Shown here one piece after another: positions 1 through 28,781 of a DNA stretch of 64,000 nucleotides (the first letter of the stretch is position 1; each line of letters starts with the position of its first letter). Made by a program: the position numbers and the translations under genes. Origin of the DNA: an uncultured delta proteobacterium (lineage in GTDB: Bacteria > Myxococcota > Myxococcia > Myxococcales > Myxococcaceae); NCBI GenBank assembly GCA_963771175.1, contig CAVYSY010000045.1, forward strand, positions 1 to 64,000, written 5' to 3'. The notes under the pieces are model-generated. The model saw nothing but the letters and a program-made list of their open reading frames with translations. It ran no database searches and was not told the DNA's origin.

Positions 1-4130
<4,130 letters not shown>

Positions 4131-4133
4131 ACC

Positions 4134-7927
<3,794 letters not shown>

Positions 7928-8016
7928 GAGGTGCCAGAGCCACGTTCTGGTTGCATGTCTGTGATTGAGGGAAGCGATTGAGGAGGTTGACGATGTTTGA
8001 CGTGGAGGAGCACTCC

Positions 8017-8274
8017 ATGAGCATTGAACGTCCTCCCAGCACGCCGATGGAGCACCGGCTCGCCGGCTACTGGAGCGAGCTGCTCGGCCTCCAAGAGGTC
8101 GGGCGGGGAGATCATTTCGTCGAGCTCGGTGGCAATTCCTTGCTGGCGACCCTGCTCGCCAACCGCATCGAGGACGAGCTGGGGATCCGCCCGATGATGG
8201 GGGAGCTGTTCGACACCCTGGAGCGGGTGGCGGTGCTCTGTGAGGGGTTGCTCCAGGAGCAGGCGAGGTCGTGA
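8017..8274 (+). CDS. Stand-alone acyl/peptidyl carrier protein (alternative start 7993)
   Basis: DHFVELGGNSLLA phosphopantetheine motif; ~85 aa; GGAGGAG RBS at 8004-8010. Confidence 0.85.
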   Translation: MSIERPPSTPMEHRLAGYWSELLGLQEVGRGDHFVELGGNSLLATLLANRIEDELGIRPMMGELFDTLERVAVLCEGLLQEQARS

Positions 8275-8275
8275 A

Positions 8276-9181
8276 ATGAGTTACGAACTGTCACATCTGC
8301 AGGCGCTGGAGGCGGAGTCCATCTTCATCATCCGCGAGGTGGTGGCCGAGTTCTCCCGCCCCGTGCTGCTCTTCTCCGGAGGCAAGGACTCGGCGGTGAT
8401 GCTGTGGCTGGCGGAGAAGGCCTTCGCGCCCGCTCCGCTCCCCTTCCCGCTGATGCACGTGGACACGGGGCACAACTTCCCCGAGGTGCTCGAGTACCGG
8501 GATCAGCGCGTGGCCGCGCTCGGCGCCCGGCTGGTGGTGGCCTCGGTGCAGGAGCTCATCGACTCGGGCCGGGTGGTGGAGGAGAAGGGGCCGCGTGCCT
8601 CGCGCAACCGGCTCCAGACGGTGCCGCTGCTCGAGGCCATCGCGAAGCACCAGTTCGACTCCGTCTTCGGCGGCGCCCGCCGCGACGAGGAGAAGGCCCG
8701 TGCGAAGGAGCGGGTGTTCTCCTTCCGCGACGAGTTCGGCCAATGGGATCCCAAGAACCAGCGCCCGGAGCTGTGGAACCTCTACAACGCGCGCCACCGC
8801 CGGGGGGAGCACATCCGCGTCTTCCCCCTGTCCAACTGGACCGAGATGGACATCTGGCAATACATCGCCCAGGAAGGCATTCCCCTGCCGTCCATCTATT
8901 ACAGCCACCGGCGTGAGGTGTTCCGCCGGGATGGGATGCTGATGGCCTGCTCGCCGTACCTGCCGCTGCTGCCAGGAGAGCAGGTGACGAGTGCCCGGGT
9001 GCGGTTCCGTACCGTGGGAGACATGACCTGCACCGCGTGCGTCGAGTCCGAGGCCACCACGGTGGAGCAGGTCATCCAGGAGGTGGCCGCCTCGCGCGTG
9101 ACCGAGCGTGGAGCGAGCCGGGCCGATGACAAGTTCAGCGAGACGGCCATGGAAGACCGTAAGCGCGAGGGGTATTTCTAA
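8276..9181 (+). CDS. cysD: Sulfate adenylyltransferase subunit 2
   Basis: [21 protein letters not shown]-loop, [26 protein letters not shown] and C-terminal [10 protein letters not shown]. Confidence 0.97.
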   Translation: MSYELSHLQALEAESIFIIREVVAEFSRPVLLFSGGKDSAVMLWLAEKAFAPAPLPFPLMHVDTGHNFPEVLEYRDQRVAALGARLVVASVQELIDSGRVVEEKGPRASRNRLQTVPLLEAIAKHQFDSVFGGARRDEEKARAKERVFSFRDEFGQWDPKNQRPELWNLYNARHRRGEHIRVFPLSNWTEMDIWQYIAQEGIPLPSIYYSHRREVFRRDGMLMACSPYLPLLPGEQVTSARVRFRTVGDMTCTACVESEATTVEQVIQEVAASRVTERGASRADDKFSETAMEDRKREGYF

Positions 9182-10439
9182 TGGAGCTGCTCAGGTTCGC
9201 CACGGCCGGTTCGGTCGATGACGGGAAGAGCACGCTGATCGGCCGGCTGCTCTACGACACCAAGTCCATCTTCGAGGATCAGCTCTCCGCGGTGGAGCGC
9301 ACCAGCCAGGCGCGCGGGGACGAGTACGTCAATCTGGCGCTGCTGATGGACGGCCTGCGCGCCGAGCGCGAGCAGGGCATCACCATCGACGTGGCGTACC
9401 GCTACTTCGCCACGCCGAGGCGCAAGTTCATCATCGCGGACACGCCCGGGCCACGTCCAGTACACGCGCAACATGGTGACGGCGCCTCCACGGCGGATCT
9501 GGCGCTCGTCCTGGTGGACGCGCGCAAGGGCGTGCTCGAGCAGACGCGGCGCCACGCCTTCATCGCCTCGCTGCTTGCGCGTGCCCGCACGTGGTGCTGT
9601 GCGTCAACAAGATGGACCTGGTCGACTACGACGAGGCCGTCTTCGAGTCCATCAAGGAGGAGTTCCGCAAGTTCTCCATGAAGCTGGAGCTGACGGATCT
9701 CACCTTCATCCCCATCTCGGCGCTCAACGGCGACAACGTGGTCACGCGCTCCGAGAGGATGCCCTGGTACCAGGGGCCGGTCGTTGTTGCACCACCTGGA
9801 GCACCTGCACATCGCCTCGGACCGGAACCTCATCCAGGTGCGCTTCCCGGTGCAGTACGTGCTGCGGCCGCATGTCGAAGAAGCACCACGACTACCGGGC
9901 CTACGCCGGGCAGGTCCTGGGCGGGGTGCTGCGGCCGGAGACGAGGTGATGGTGTTGCCCTCCGGTTTCACCTCACGCATCAAGGCCATCGAGCTGGCGG
10001 GGAAACAGGTGGAGGAGGCCTTTCCTCCCATGTCCGTCAACGTCTCGCTGGCCGACGAGCTGGACATCAGCCGCGGCGACATGCTCTGCCGGCCGGGCAA
10101 CCCGCCCACCGTCGGGCAGGACCTCGACGCCATGGTGTGCTGGCTGGTGGAGCAGCCGCTGCGGCCCGGGGCGAAGCTGGCCCTCAAGCACACCACCCGC
10201 GTCCGCCCGGGCGATGCTCAAGGACATCCAGTACCGGCTCGACGTGAACACGCTGCACCGGGACGAGCAGTGCGAGTCCCTGAAGCTGAACGAGGTCGGC
10301 CGGGTGTCGCTGCGCACGACCGTCCCGCTCTTCTTCGACGAGTACCGGCGCAACCGGCACACCGGCAGCTTCATCCTCATCGACGAGGGGACGAACGCCA
10401 CGGTGGGCGCGGGGATGATCAACGGTCCGGTGAGCCTGA
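9181..10439 (+). CDS. cysN: Sulfate adenylyltransferase subunit 1 (GTPase); several frameshifts; end approximate
   Basis: [48 protein letters not shown] and C-terminal [19 protein letters not shown]. Confidence 0.93.
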
Positions 10440-10448
10440 GGAGAGGCC

Positions 10449-11246
10449 ATGAACGTCAGCGGATTGGTGGTGCTGGGCGCGGTCTGTGGCCTCGTGGTGG
10501 GCCTGACCTCGACGGGAGGCGGCGCCATGCTCACCCCGGGGCTCATCCTGCTCGGTGTTCCTCCGGCGATGGCGGTGGGCACGGATCTGCTGATCGCCAG
10601 CGTGATGAAGCTCTTCGGGGGGGGCATCTACGCCCTGCGGGGCGAGGTCCATTGGCCCACCGTGCGAGGGTTGGCCTGTGGCTCCATTCCCGGCGCCTTG
10701 TTGGGGGTGTGGCTGCTCAACCGGCTCTCCGCCGTGCATGTCGAGGTGTTCCTCCAGAAGGCGGTGGGAGTGGCGCTCCTGTTGGCCGGGGGCTCGCTGC
10801 TCGTGCGTGCGATGTGGAGGCCAGGACCCGCCCGCCGCTCGATGCCCCGGCTCTGGGTGAGGGTGTTGCTCGGAGCGGCGGTGGGGGTGCTCGTCAGCAT
10901 CACGACGATCGGGAGCGGCTCCCTGCTGCTGTGCGTGCTGGCGGTGCTCTTCCCGCTGTCTTCGTCAGCCCTGGTGGGGACGGACCTGGTGCACGCGCTG
11001 CTGCTCTCCAGTGCCGCCACCGCGGCCCAGCTCGCCTCGGGCCGGGTGGACTTCCAGCTGGCCGCCTGGGTCCTGCTGGGCGGGATTCCCGGGGTACTGC
11101 TGGGCGCGAAGTTGACCTCCCGCGTGCCCGAGCGCGCCATGCGTGGCGTGTTGGCCTGTGTCCTGGTGGGACTGGGCCTGCACTTCGCGCTCTCCACGAA
11201 GACCCACGTGCCTCCGCCCCTGGTGGCGGAGCAGGGACAGGAGTGA
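10449..11246 (+). CDS. TauE/SafE-family (sulfite exporter-like) membrane protein
   Basis: Hydrophobic 265 aa with VGLTSTGGGA...AVGTDL and a second repeat TTIGSGS...VGTDL; lies between cysN and cysC. Confidence 0.85.
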   Translation: MNVSGLVVLGAVCGLVVGLTSTGGGAMLTPGLILLGVPPAMAVGTDLLIASVMKLFGGGIYALRGEVHWPTVRGLACGSIPGALLGVWLLNRLSAVHVEVFLQKAVGVALLLAGGSLLVRAMWRPGPARRSMPRLWVRVLLGAAVGVLVSITTIGSGSLLLCVLAVLFPLSSSALVGTDLVHALLLSSAATAAQLASGRVDFQLAAWVLLGGIPGVLLGAKLTSRVPERAMRGVLACVLVGLGLHFALSTKTHVPPPLVAEQGQE

Positions 11247-11250
11247 AGCG

Positions 11251-11844
11251 ATGCGGAATGAGCGCGACGTGGCAGTGAGTGGGGTGGAGGAGGGCCTTCC
11301 CCGGTCGAGCGGTTTCATCCTCTGGTTCACCGGCATGTCCGGCGCGGGCAAGAGCACGCTCTCCCAGGCGGTCCGCCGCCGGCTGGAGCCTGTGCGGCCA
11401 GTGGAGATTCTCGACGGAGATGAGGTCCGCACCTTCCTCTCGCGAGGACTGGGTTTCACCCGGCCGGACCGGGAGGAGAACATCCGAAGGATTGGTTACG
11501 TGGCGCGGCTGCTCGCCCGGCACCGCGTGGCGGTGATCTCCGCGGCCATCTCGCCGTACCGCGACTCGCGCGATGAGGTGCGGCGACTGGCCACCGAGAT
11601 GGGCATCCCCTTCATCGAGGTGCACGCGCAGGCCAGCCTGGATGCGCTCGTCCGCCGCGACGTGAAGGGTCTCTACAAGAAGGCCCTGGCGGGGGAGATC
11701 CCCTTCTTCACCGGCATCTCGGACCCCTACGAGCCACCCGAGTCGCCCGAGGTCACCGTCCGCACCGACTCGGAGACGGTGGAAGAGGGGGTGGAGCGCA
11801 TCCTCGTTGCCCTGCGTGAGCGGGGGCTCATCGCGGCCCGCTGA
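11251..11844 (+). CDS. cysC: Adenylyl-sulfate (APS) kinase
   Basis: WFTGMSGAGKST P-loop, LDGDEVR, LGFTRPDREENIRR, ISPY, RDVKGLY and FTGISDPYEPP. Confidence 0.96.
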   Translation: MRNERDVAVSGVEEGLPRSSGFILWFTGMSGAGKSTLSQAVRRRLEPVRPVEILDGDEVRTFLSRGLGFTRPDREENIRRIGYVARLLARHRVAVISAAISPYRDSRDEVRRLATEMGIPFIEVHAQASLDALVRRDVKGLYKKALAGEIPFFTGISDPYEPPESPEVTVRTDSETVEEGVERILVALRERGLIAAR

Positions 11845-11856
11845 GCCCACTTCCCC

Positions 11857-11884
11857 ATGACGGCTTCTCCCAGCAAGGACGACA
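11857..11884 (+). repeat. 28-bp direct repeat, copy 1 (copy 2 at 14764-14791)
   Basis: atgacggcttctcccagcaaggacgaca versus atgacggcttctcccggcaagaacgaca: 26/28 identical. Confidence 0.8.
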
Positions 11885-13510
11885 CCATGGCCACTCCCGC
11901 CTCCAGGGGGCCGGTCAACAAGTGGCTCGTCACCCTCTCGGTGTCCTTCGGCACCCTGATGGGCTCCATCGACTCCTCCATCGTCAACGTGGCCCTGTCG
12001 CAGATCCGCGGCTCGCTCGGGGCCACCCTGCAGGAGATCACCTGGGCCAGCACGGGCTTCATGATCGCCACGGTGCTGGTGATGCCGCTCACCGGCTTCC
12101 TCGGGAGGTTCTTCGGCCAGAAGCGCGCCTACCTGGCGTGCCTCGCCCTCTTCATCGGCAGCTCGTTCCTGTGCGGGGTGGCCTGGAATCTGCCCTCGCT
12201 GGTGTGTCTTCCGGGCCCTGCAGGGCCTCGGCGCCGGCGCGCTCCTGCCTATCGAGCAGTCCATCCTCCGCCAGACCTTCCCCCCCGAGGAGCAGGGCAT
12301 GGCCATGGCCGTCTTCTCGGTGGTCATCACCGTCGGCCCCGCCATCGGCCCCACGCTCGGCGGCTACATCGTCGACAACTTCCACTGGTCGTCGATCTTC
12401 TTCATCAATCTTCCGGTGGGGCTGCTCGGTCTGCTCATGGTGTGGCGCTTCGTCCACGAGCCGGAGGACGTGCGGGCCGCCAACCAGGCCGTCGCCGAGC
12501 TCCAGCGCCGCAACATGGACTGGGCTGGCATCGGTCTGCTGTGGGTGGGCCTGGCCGCGCTCCAGTACCTGCTGGAGGAGGGACAGCGCCATGACTGGTT
12601 CGAGTCCCGGCAGATCACCGCCTGCGCACTGGTGGCGGCCTTCTGCCTGGCGGCCTTCGTGCTGCGCGAGCTCACCGCCGTGGCGCCCGCGGTGGACCTG
12701 CGCCTCTTCCAGGAGCCGGTGTTCGCCTCGGGGGCCGTACTCGGCGCGGTGATGTTCTTCATCCTCATCGCGAACATGTTCCTGCTGCCGCTCTTCATGC
12801 AGGAGGTGCTCGGCTTCACGGCCATGCAGTCCGGCATGGCGCTCCTCCCGCGCACGCTGGTGATGCTCATGGCGATGCCCCTCGTCGGGCGCCTGTACAA
12901 CCGGGTGTCTCCGCGGCTGCTCATCGTCGTGGGGCTGGGCATCATCGGACTGGGTGTGCACCGCATGTCCAGCGTCTCCCTGGAGACGGGCGCGGGGCAC
13001 ATCGTCGCCGCCATCATGCTGCAGGGGCTTGGCACCAGCCTGCTCTTCGTGCCGCTCAACATCGTCGTGTTCGACAAGGTCCCCCGCCCCCGGGTGGCGG
13101 ATGCCGCGGGCCTCAACGCGCTGCTGCGGCAGATCGGCAGCTCGGTGGGCCTGGCCCTCTTCGCCTCCTTGATGACGCGCTACACCGCTCAGGCCCAGGT
13201 GGGGCTCTCCACCCAGCTGGTGCCCGAGCGTCCCGAGGTCTTCGAGCGGCTCGCGGGGGGAGTGGGGGGGCTCGTGGCGGCCGGCATGGACGGGTTCGAG
13301 GCCACCGAGGCGAGCCTGCGCCTGCTGGCGGGGGCCACCCAGCGCCAGGCGATGGTGCTGGCCTTCAACCAGCTCTTCACGCTGTCGACGCTGCTGTTCG
13401 TGCTGACGCTGCCGCTGCTGGGCTTCCTCTGGATTTCACCGGCTCGCCGGCCCTCGCCGGAGGCGCGGACAGAGGAGCGCAACGAGGTTCACGTGGATGT
13501 GGAGGTCTGA
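11857..13510 (+). CDS. DHA2-family MFS efflux permease (EmrB/QacA-like); one frameshift near 12205; start may be 11887
   Basis: GTLMGSIDSSIVNVAL, GPAIGPTLGGYI, WSSIFFINLPVG, LEEGQRHDWF and LLRQIGSSVG; 14-TM pattern. Confidence 0.92.
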
Positions 13511-13516
13511 CGGAAG

Positions 13517-14763
13517 ATGAGCGCGACCCCCCGATTGGTGGAGAAGCAAGTGCCCGCTCCGGGAGCCTCCCCCGCGGAGGCCCGTCCGGAGCGCGGGGGC
13601 CGCCGGGGCGCGCTCGTCCTGGGCGCGGTCACGGTGGCGGTGCTCGCGAGCATCGGTGGCTACGCGCTGCTCACGCGCGGGCAGGAAGTGACGGACAACG
13701 CGCAGGTGCAGGCGGACCTCGTGCCGCTCAGTGCTCGGGTAGGCGGTCCGGTGCTGCGCGTTCACGTGGCGGACAATGCCCGGGTGCGGAAGGGGGACGT
13801 GCTGGTGGAGCTCGATCCGCGCGAGTACTCCGTCCGCGTCAAGCAGGCGGAGGCGGAGCTGGCCTCGGCTCGGGCGCAGGCGGAGGCGGCCGATGCGCAG
13901 GTGGTCGTGGCCGAGGCCGGCGCCCGCGGTGGGCGCTCCGCGGCACGCGCCCTGGTGTCCACCAGCACGGCGGTGGTGAGCAACGCCGGGGCCCAGGTGG
14001 AGGTGGCTCGCGCGGCTCTCGCACGGGCGGACGCGGAGGCGCAGCGGAACGCTCTGGAGCTCGAGCGCGTGAAGCGGCTGCGCGCCTCGGAGGTCGCCTC
14101 CCAGCAGGAGCTCGACGATGCCCTGGCCGCCCATGAGTCCGCCCAGGCCTCCCTGGCCGAGGCCCGCGCCGGGCTCGCGGCGGCGGAGCAGTCCCGGCAG
14201 GTCGCGCTCAGCAGGGTGGACGAGGCCCAGGGCCAGCTCGATCAGAGCGCTCCGGTGGACGCGAAGATCATGGTGGCCCGCGCGGGCGCGGCGCTCGCGC
14301 AGGCCCGGAAGGATGCCGCCGAGGCCGCGCTGGCGCAGGCCCGGCTGATGCTCGAGCACACCCGCCTCCTCGCACCCGCGGACGGGCAGGTGTCCAAGCT
14401 GTCCGTGCGCGAGGGGCAGCTCCTGGCGGCCGGGCAGCCGGTGGCGAGGCTCGTCCCGCCGAGCACGTACGTCCTCGCCAACTTCAAGGAGACGCAGGTG
14501 GGGCACATCCGCCCGGGCCAGCGGGTGGAGGTGAAGGTGGATGCCTTTCCGGATCTTTTGCTCCAGGGGCGGGTGGAGAGCCTCTCCGGCGGGACGGGGG
14601 CGAGCTTCTCCCTGCTGCCTCCAGACAATGCCTCGGGAAACTTCGTGAAGGTGGTGCAGCGCGTTCCCGTTCGCATCGTCTGGGCGGAACCGCCGGGGGC
14701 GCTGCCATTGCAAGCCGGTCTCTCGGCGGAGGTCACGGTCTTCACCCTCGGCGACGAGCCCCG

Positions 14764-14767
<4 letters not shown>
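13517..14767 (+). CDS. HlyD/EmrA-family membrane fusion (periplasmic adaptor) protein
   Basis: N-terminal TM, TDNAQV, an Ala-rich coiled coil, ANFKETQ and FSLLPPDNASGNFVKVVQRVPVRI. Confidence 0.95.
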
Positions 14768-25177
<10,410 letters not shown>

Positions 25178-25229
25178 CCGGGTGAGCGGCCTACTGGGCA
25201 ATCCCACCTGTCTCGCGAGTAGCGGGGCT

Positions 25230-25286
25230 GTCAATGAATTCTGGAGAGTCGTAGCTATTGACCCTTGCCGAGTTGTCGACCATTGT
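25230..25286 (+). promoter_or_regulatory. Putative sigma70-like promoter with an overlapping inverted repeat, upstream of the kinase-lyase-PLP-ATP-grasp operon
   Basis: AT-richer intergenic DNA; TTGACC (25258)-17 bp-CATTGT (25281); inverted repeat GTCAAT (25230)-N21-ATTGAC (25257). Confidence 0.4.
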
Positions 25287-25333
25287 GCGCCGCCAACATG
25301 GGGACCGGCCTGGATTGGGCGGCGCAGCGGCTT

Positions 25334-27271
25334 GTGCATGAGGTTGTCGCGACTACCTCTGCCGCAGCGATGGCGCCAGTGACGTGTGGAGAATTGGTGC
25401 AAGGGGTTGTGGGGGGGCGAGACTTCCTCATTACGAGCCCCATCGCGCTTCACAGTCGGGTGACAGTGGACCTGTCGCCGGAGTTCGAGGGGGTCCGTGT
25501 CGAGTCCGAGCTCAACTTCGGCAAGACGCTGAAGGCCGTGAGCCTGCTGCTGCGGACCTTGGGGGCGAAGCACCTGGGAGCCCGGCTGCGGGTGGAGACC
25601 CCCGTGCCTCGCAGCAAGGGGCTGGCCTCGAGTACGGCGGATCTCGCGGCCGCGCTGCACGCGTGCGCGGAGGCGCTGGGACATGCGCTCCCTCCCTATC
25701 TGCTGTCGCGCATCGCCGCGGATATCGAGCCTTCGGATGCCGTCTTCTTCCCAGGCTCGGTCATCTATGATCACCTGCGAGGCGAGATCCTCGAGTTTCT
25801 CGGGGCGCCTCCCCCGCTGTCATTCGTGATCATCGACACGGGCGGTGAGGTGGATACGCTCGGCTTCGATCGGGAGCGGGCCAGGGCCCATGCGCGCGCC
25901 TCCGAGGCGCAGGTGGCCCGCGCCATGGCACTGGTGCGGCAAGGCTTCCGCCAGCAGGTGCCGGCACTCGTGGCCGAGGGAGCCACCCTCAGCGCGCGCT
26001 GCCACCAGGCGGTGCTCTTCAAGCCCTGGCTGGAGGAGTTGCTGCGAGCCACGCGCGAGCTGGGCGTGCTGGGGATCAACTGCGGCCACAGTGGTACGGT
26101 GCTCGGGCTGATGTTCGACCCGACCCGGCACGACGGCGCCCCCATCGCCGAGCGGGCCGCGCAGATCACTGGCCCCGGGCGGCTGCTGGGCATTCACCGC
26201 CTCATCTCCGGGGGGACCCGGCTCCTGCGCAGCAGCCGCCAAGGGCTCTCCCAGGCACAGCAGTCCTCCCTCGACACGCTGGGCGAGCCCCTCACGCGTG
26301 TCCCGGTGCGGGATGGGATGGCGATCGCGTTCGAGCATGGGCCGGAGCGGCGGCGCATCTTCGTGTTGCCGGATGGACAGCGGGTCTCGGAGCCTCCCGA
26401 TCCCCTGGAGGGATTGTGCGAGCCCCGCGCCGTGCCGGTGCCGAGGGAAGGCGAGGCATGGGAGATGCGTGTCTCGCGTCTCTCCGAGGAGGAGGGGGTG
26501 GTGCGGTACCTGCCAGGGGAGAACGCCTCGGGGCTGCGCGCCGCGCCGCGCCTGTTGTCGCGGGCGCTCTTCGAGGCCGCCTTCACCCTCCAGGACGGGG
26601 TCTTCGTGCGCCGCGTGCGGGTGGTGAAGACGAGCGAGGGCCGTGTCACCTACGCGGCACCGGATGGCGCGCACATCGTGCTGCCGGTGCCGTTGTTCCT
26701 CTCTGCCTTCCAGCGGAGCCCGCTCGCCGCGGAGTCCCACAGGAGAACGGACATGAGCAGTGCAGCAGTCGACAAAGAGGGCAGCGAGCGGTTGGCGCAC
26801 TATCTCTCCACACAGCAGGTGGACGCCTCCCTGGTCCGGCCCGGGCAGGAGATGCCCACGGTGCCGCTGGCGGCGGTCGCGCTGGGCGTGGGCCCCGAGC
26901 AGATCGTCAAGTCCATCCTGTTCGAGGGCAAGAAGGATCGGGAGCGGGTCGTCCTGGCGATCGCGCCGGGGGACGTGCGTGTGTCCGCGGCGAAGGTCGG
27001 CGCCGCAGCCGGTGTTTCGCAGCTCAAGCTGGCCTCGCCAGACACGGTGCTGCGGACCCTGGGCTATGCGGTAGGCGGAGTGCCGCCGGTAGGGCACGCG
27101 ACCCCGGTCGCCGTGGTGGTGGACGCTCGCGTGCTCAACCACGCCTTCGTCTTCGGGGGGGGCGGGGACGAGCACCACATGCTGCGCATCACCCCTCAGG
27201 ACATCGTCCGGCTGACGGAAGCACGAGTCGCCGATGTGGTGGCGGACCCCGAGCCGAGGCAGGCACCTTGA
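25334..27271 (+). CDS. GHMP kinase (PduX/L-threonine-kinase-like) plus an unknown ~160-aa domain, in frame with a YbaK/EbsC domain; start uncertain (25298, 25334 or 25370)
   Basis: PVTCGELVQG, VPRSKGLASSTAD (GHMP motif II), IEPSD and GHSGTVLGL; the ORF stays open to TGA 27271. Confidence 0.85.
   Translation: MHEVVATTSAAAMAPVTCGELVQGVVGGRDFLITSPIALHSRVTVDLSPEFEGVRVESELNFGKTLKAVSLLLRTLGAKHLGARLRVETPVPRSKGLASSTADLAAALHACAEALGHALPPYLLSRIAADIEPSDAVFFPGSVIYDHLRGEILEFLGAPPPLSFVIIDTGGEVDTLGFDRERARAHARASEAQVARAMALVRQGFRQQVPALVAEGATLSARCHQAVLFKPWLEELLRATRELGVLGINCGHSGTVLGLMFDPTRHDGAPIAERAAQITGPGRLLGIHRLISGGTRLLRSSRQGLSQAQQSSLDTLGEPLTRVPVRDGMAIAFEHGPERRRIFVLPDGQRVSEPPDPLEGLCEPRAVPVPREGEAWEMRVSRLSEEEGVVRYLPGENASGLRAAPRLLSRALFEAAFTLQDGVFVRRVRVVKTSEGRVTYAAPDGAHIVLPVPLFLSAFQRSPLAAESHRRTDMSSAAVDKEGSERLAHYLSTQQVDASLVRPGQEMPTVPLAAVALGVGPEQIVKSILFEGKKDRERVVLAIAPGDVRVSAAKVGAAAGVSQLKLASPDTVLRTLGYAVGGVPPVGHATPVAVVVDARVLNHAFVFGGGGDEHHMLRITPQDIVRLTEARVADVVADPEPRQAP
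26753..27271 (+). CDS. YbaK/EbsC (INS superfamily) aminoacyl-tRNA deacylase-like protein; possibly its own gene
   Basis: QIVKSILF, GYAVGGVPPVGH and VFGGGGDE; own AGGAGA RBS (26741) and an ATGA start at 26753. Confidence 0.85.
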   Translation: MSSAAVDKEGSERLAHYLSTQQVDASLVRPGQEMPTVPLAAVALGVGPEQIVKSILFEGKKDRERVVLAIAPGDVRVSAAKVGAAAGVSQLKLASPDTVLRTLGYAVGGVPPVGHATPVAVVVDARVLNHAFVFGGGGDEHHMLRITPQDIVRLTEARVADVVADPEPRQAP

Positions 27272-28771
27272 GCACGCAGGCCATCGGGCGGCTCGTGCGC
27301 GGCCCCCACCCGGTCCTCTTCGAGCTGCTGTACGAGCCGCACTTCGCCTCCGACAAGGCGCAGGTCCTCCCGCACCTGCTGCGCATCGACGCCGCCCATG
27401 TCGTGATGCTCGCGCGCCGTGGCATCCTCGCACCCGAGCCCGCCGCGCGCCTGCTCGCGCTCAATCGGGAGCTGGCGCGCCGCCTGGCCGCGGGCGAGGA
27501 GCTGTCTCCCTCCGCCCCCCTCTCACCGGGGGCTCTATCTGCTCTATGAGGGCGAGTACATCTCCCGGCTGGGCGGAGAGGTGGGAGGCGCGGCCCACGT
27601 GGCGCGCAGCCGCAACGACATCAATGCCACCGTGACGCGCATGCGCCTGCGCACCGCCTTGGCCGAGGTGCTGCGGCAGGGGCTGCTGCTGGCCGGCGCG
27701 CTGGAGCGGCTTGGCGTGGCGCATGCGCAGACGCTGATGAGCGCCTTCACGCACCTCCAGCCAGCCCAGCCGGCCACCTTCGGCCACTACCTGGACGGGG
27801 TGTTGTCCGAGCTGCTGCGGACGCTCGACTGGCTCGCGGGGGCCCAGGAGCGCATCAACCGCTGCCCCATGGGCGCCGCGGCGGGCGTGGGCACCTCCTT
27901 TCCGATTGATACCGCCCTCGTGGCGGAGTTGCTGGGCTTCGACGGGCCGCTGGGCAACTCGCTGGACGCGGTGGGCTCGCGCGACTATGTGGTCCAGGTG
28001 CTCAGTGGGCTGGCGCTGCTGGGCAGCCTGCTCACGCGCCTGGCGGCGGATCTCCAGACGTGGGCCAGCTCGGCCTACGGCTTCCTGGGGTGGCCGGACG
28101 AGCTGGTGAGCACCAGCTCCATCATGCCGCAGAAGCGCAACGCCTTCGTCCTGGAGAACATCCGCGGTCAGGCCGTGAAGGCCACGGGCTTCCTGATGAG
28201 CACGCTGATGGGGCTCAAGAGCACGTCCTTCACGAACAGCGTGGAGGTCAGCTCCGAGGCCACCAGTCCCGTGTGGCCGGCCCTGGAGGCGAGCCGGACG
28301 GCGCTGGTGCTCATGGAGCTGCTGGTGTCCAACGTCATCGTCCAGCCGGAGGCCATGCGGCGGTTCCTGTTGGGACAGGACACCACCATGACGGCGCTGG
28401 CGGACCATCTCGTCGCGCGGCACGGGCTGGCCTTCCGCACGGCGCATGAGGTGGTGGGGCGGCTGGTGAACCTCAAAAGCGAGCCAGACCTCACGCCGGC
28501 CGCGGCGCGGAGCCTGCTGGAGCCCCTGCTCGCCACCGCGCTGGGCCGTGCCGTCTCCCTGGACGAGGCGGAGCTGGCCCGGGTGCTGGAGCCGGAGGGT
28601 TGTGTGCACGCGGCGGCCTACGGCGGCGGCCCCGCTCCGGAGGCGGTCCGCGCGCACCTGGCCGTGCTGGGGCAGGAGCGCCTGCGGCTCCAGCAGCGCG
28701 TGCAGGGGTGGAGAGCGCGGCTGGAGGCCGCGGACGAATCGTTGAATGCGGCGAGCGCCGCACAGGAGTGA
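27268..28771 (+). CDS. Argininosuccinate-lyase/fumarate-lyase superfamily C-N lyase; frameshift near 27510
   Basis: HVARSRND, FTHLQPAQP, SSIMPQKRN signature and FRTAHEVVG; TTG start overlaps the previous stop. Confidence 0.9.
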
Positions 28772-28781
28772 TTCCATTCCC

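Noticed and set aside
10214..11278. CysN C-terminal extension or CysN-TauE fusion
   Set aside because: Similarity ends at GAGMINGP. The read-through is out of frame with the TauE gene, which has its own RBS and ATG, so it is probably an indel at the stop.
25334..26230. Cobalamin-pathway pduX
   Set aside because: No cob/cbi genes are nearby; the context favours precursor supply for the NRPS.
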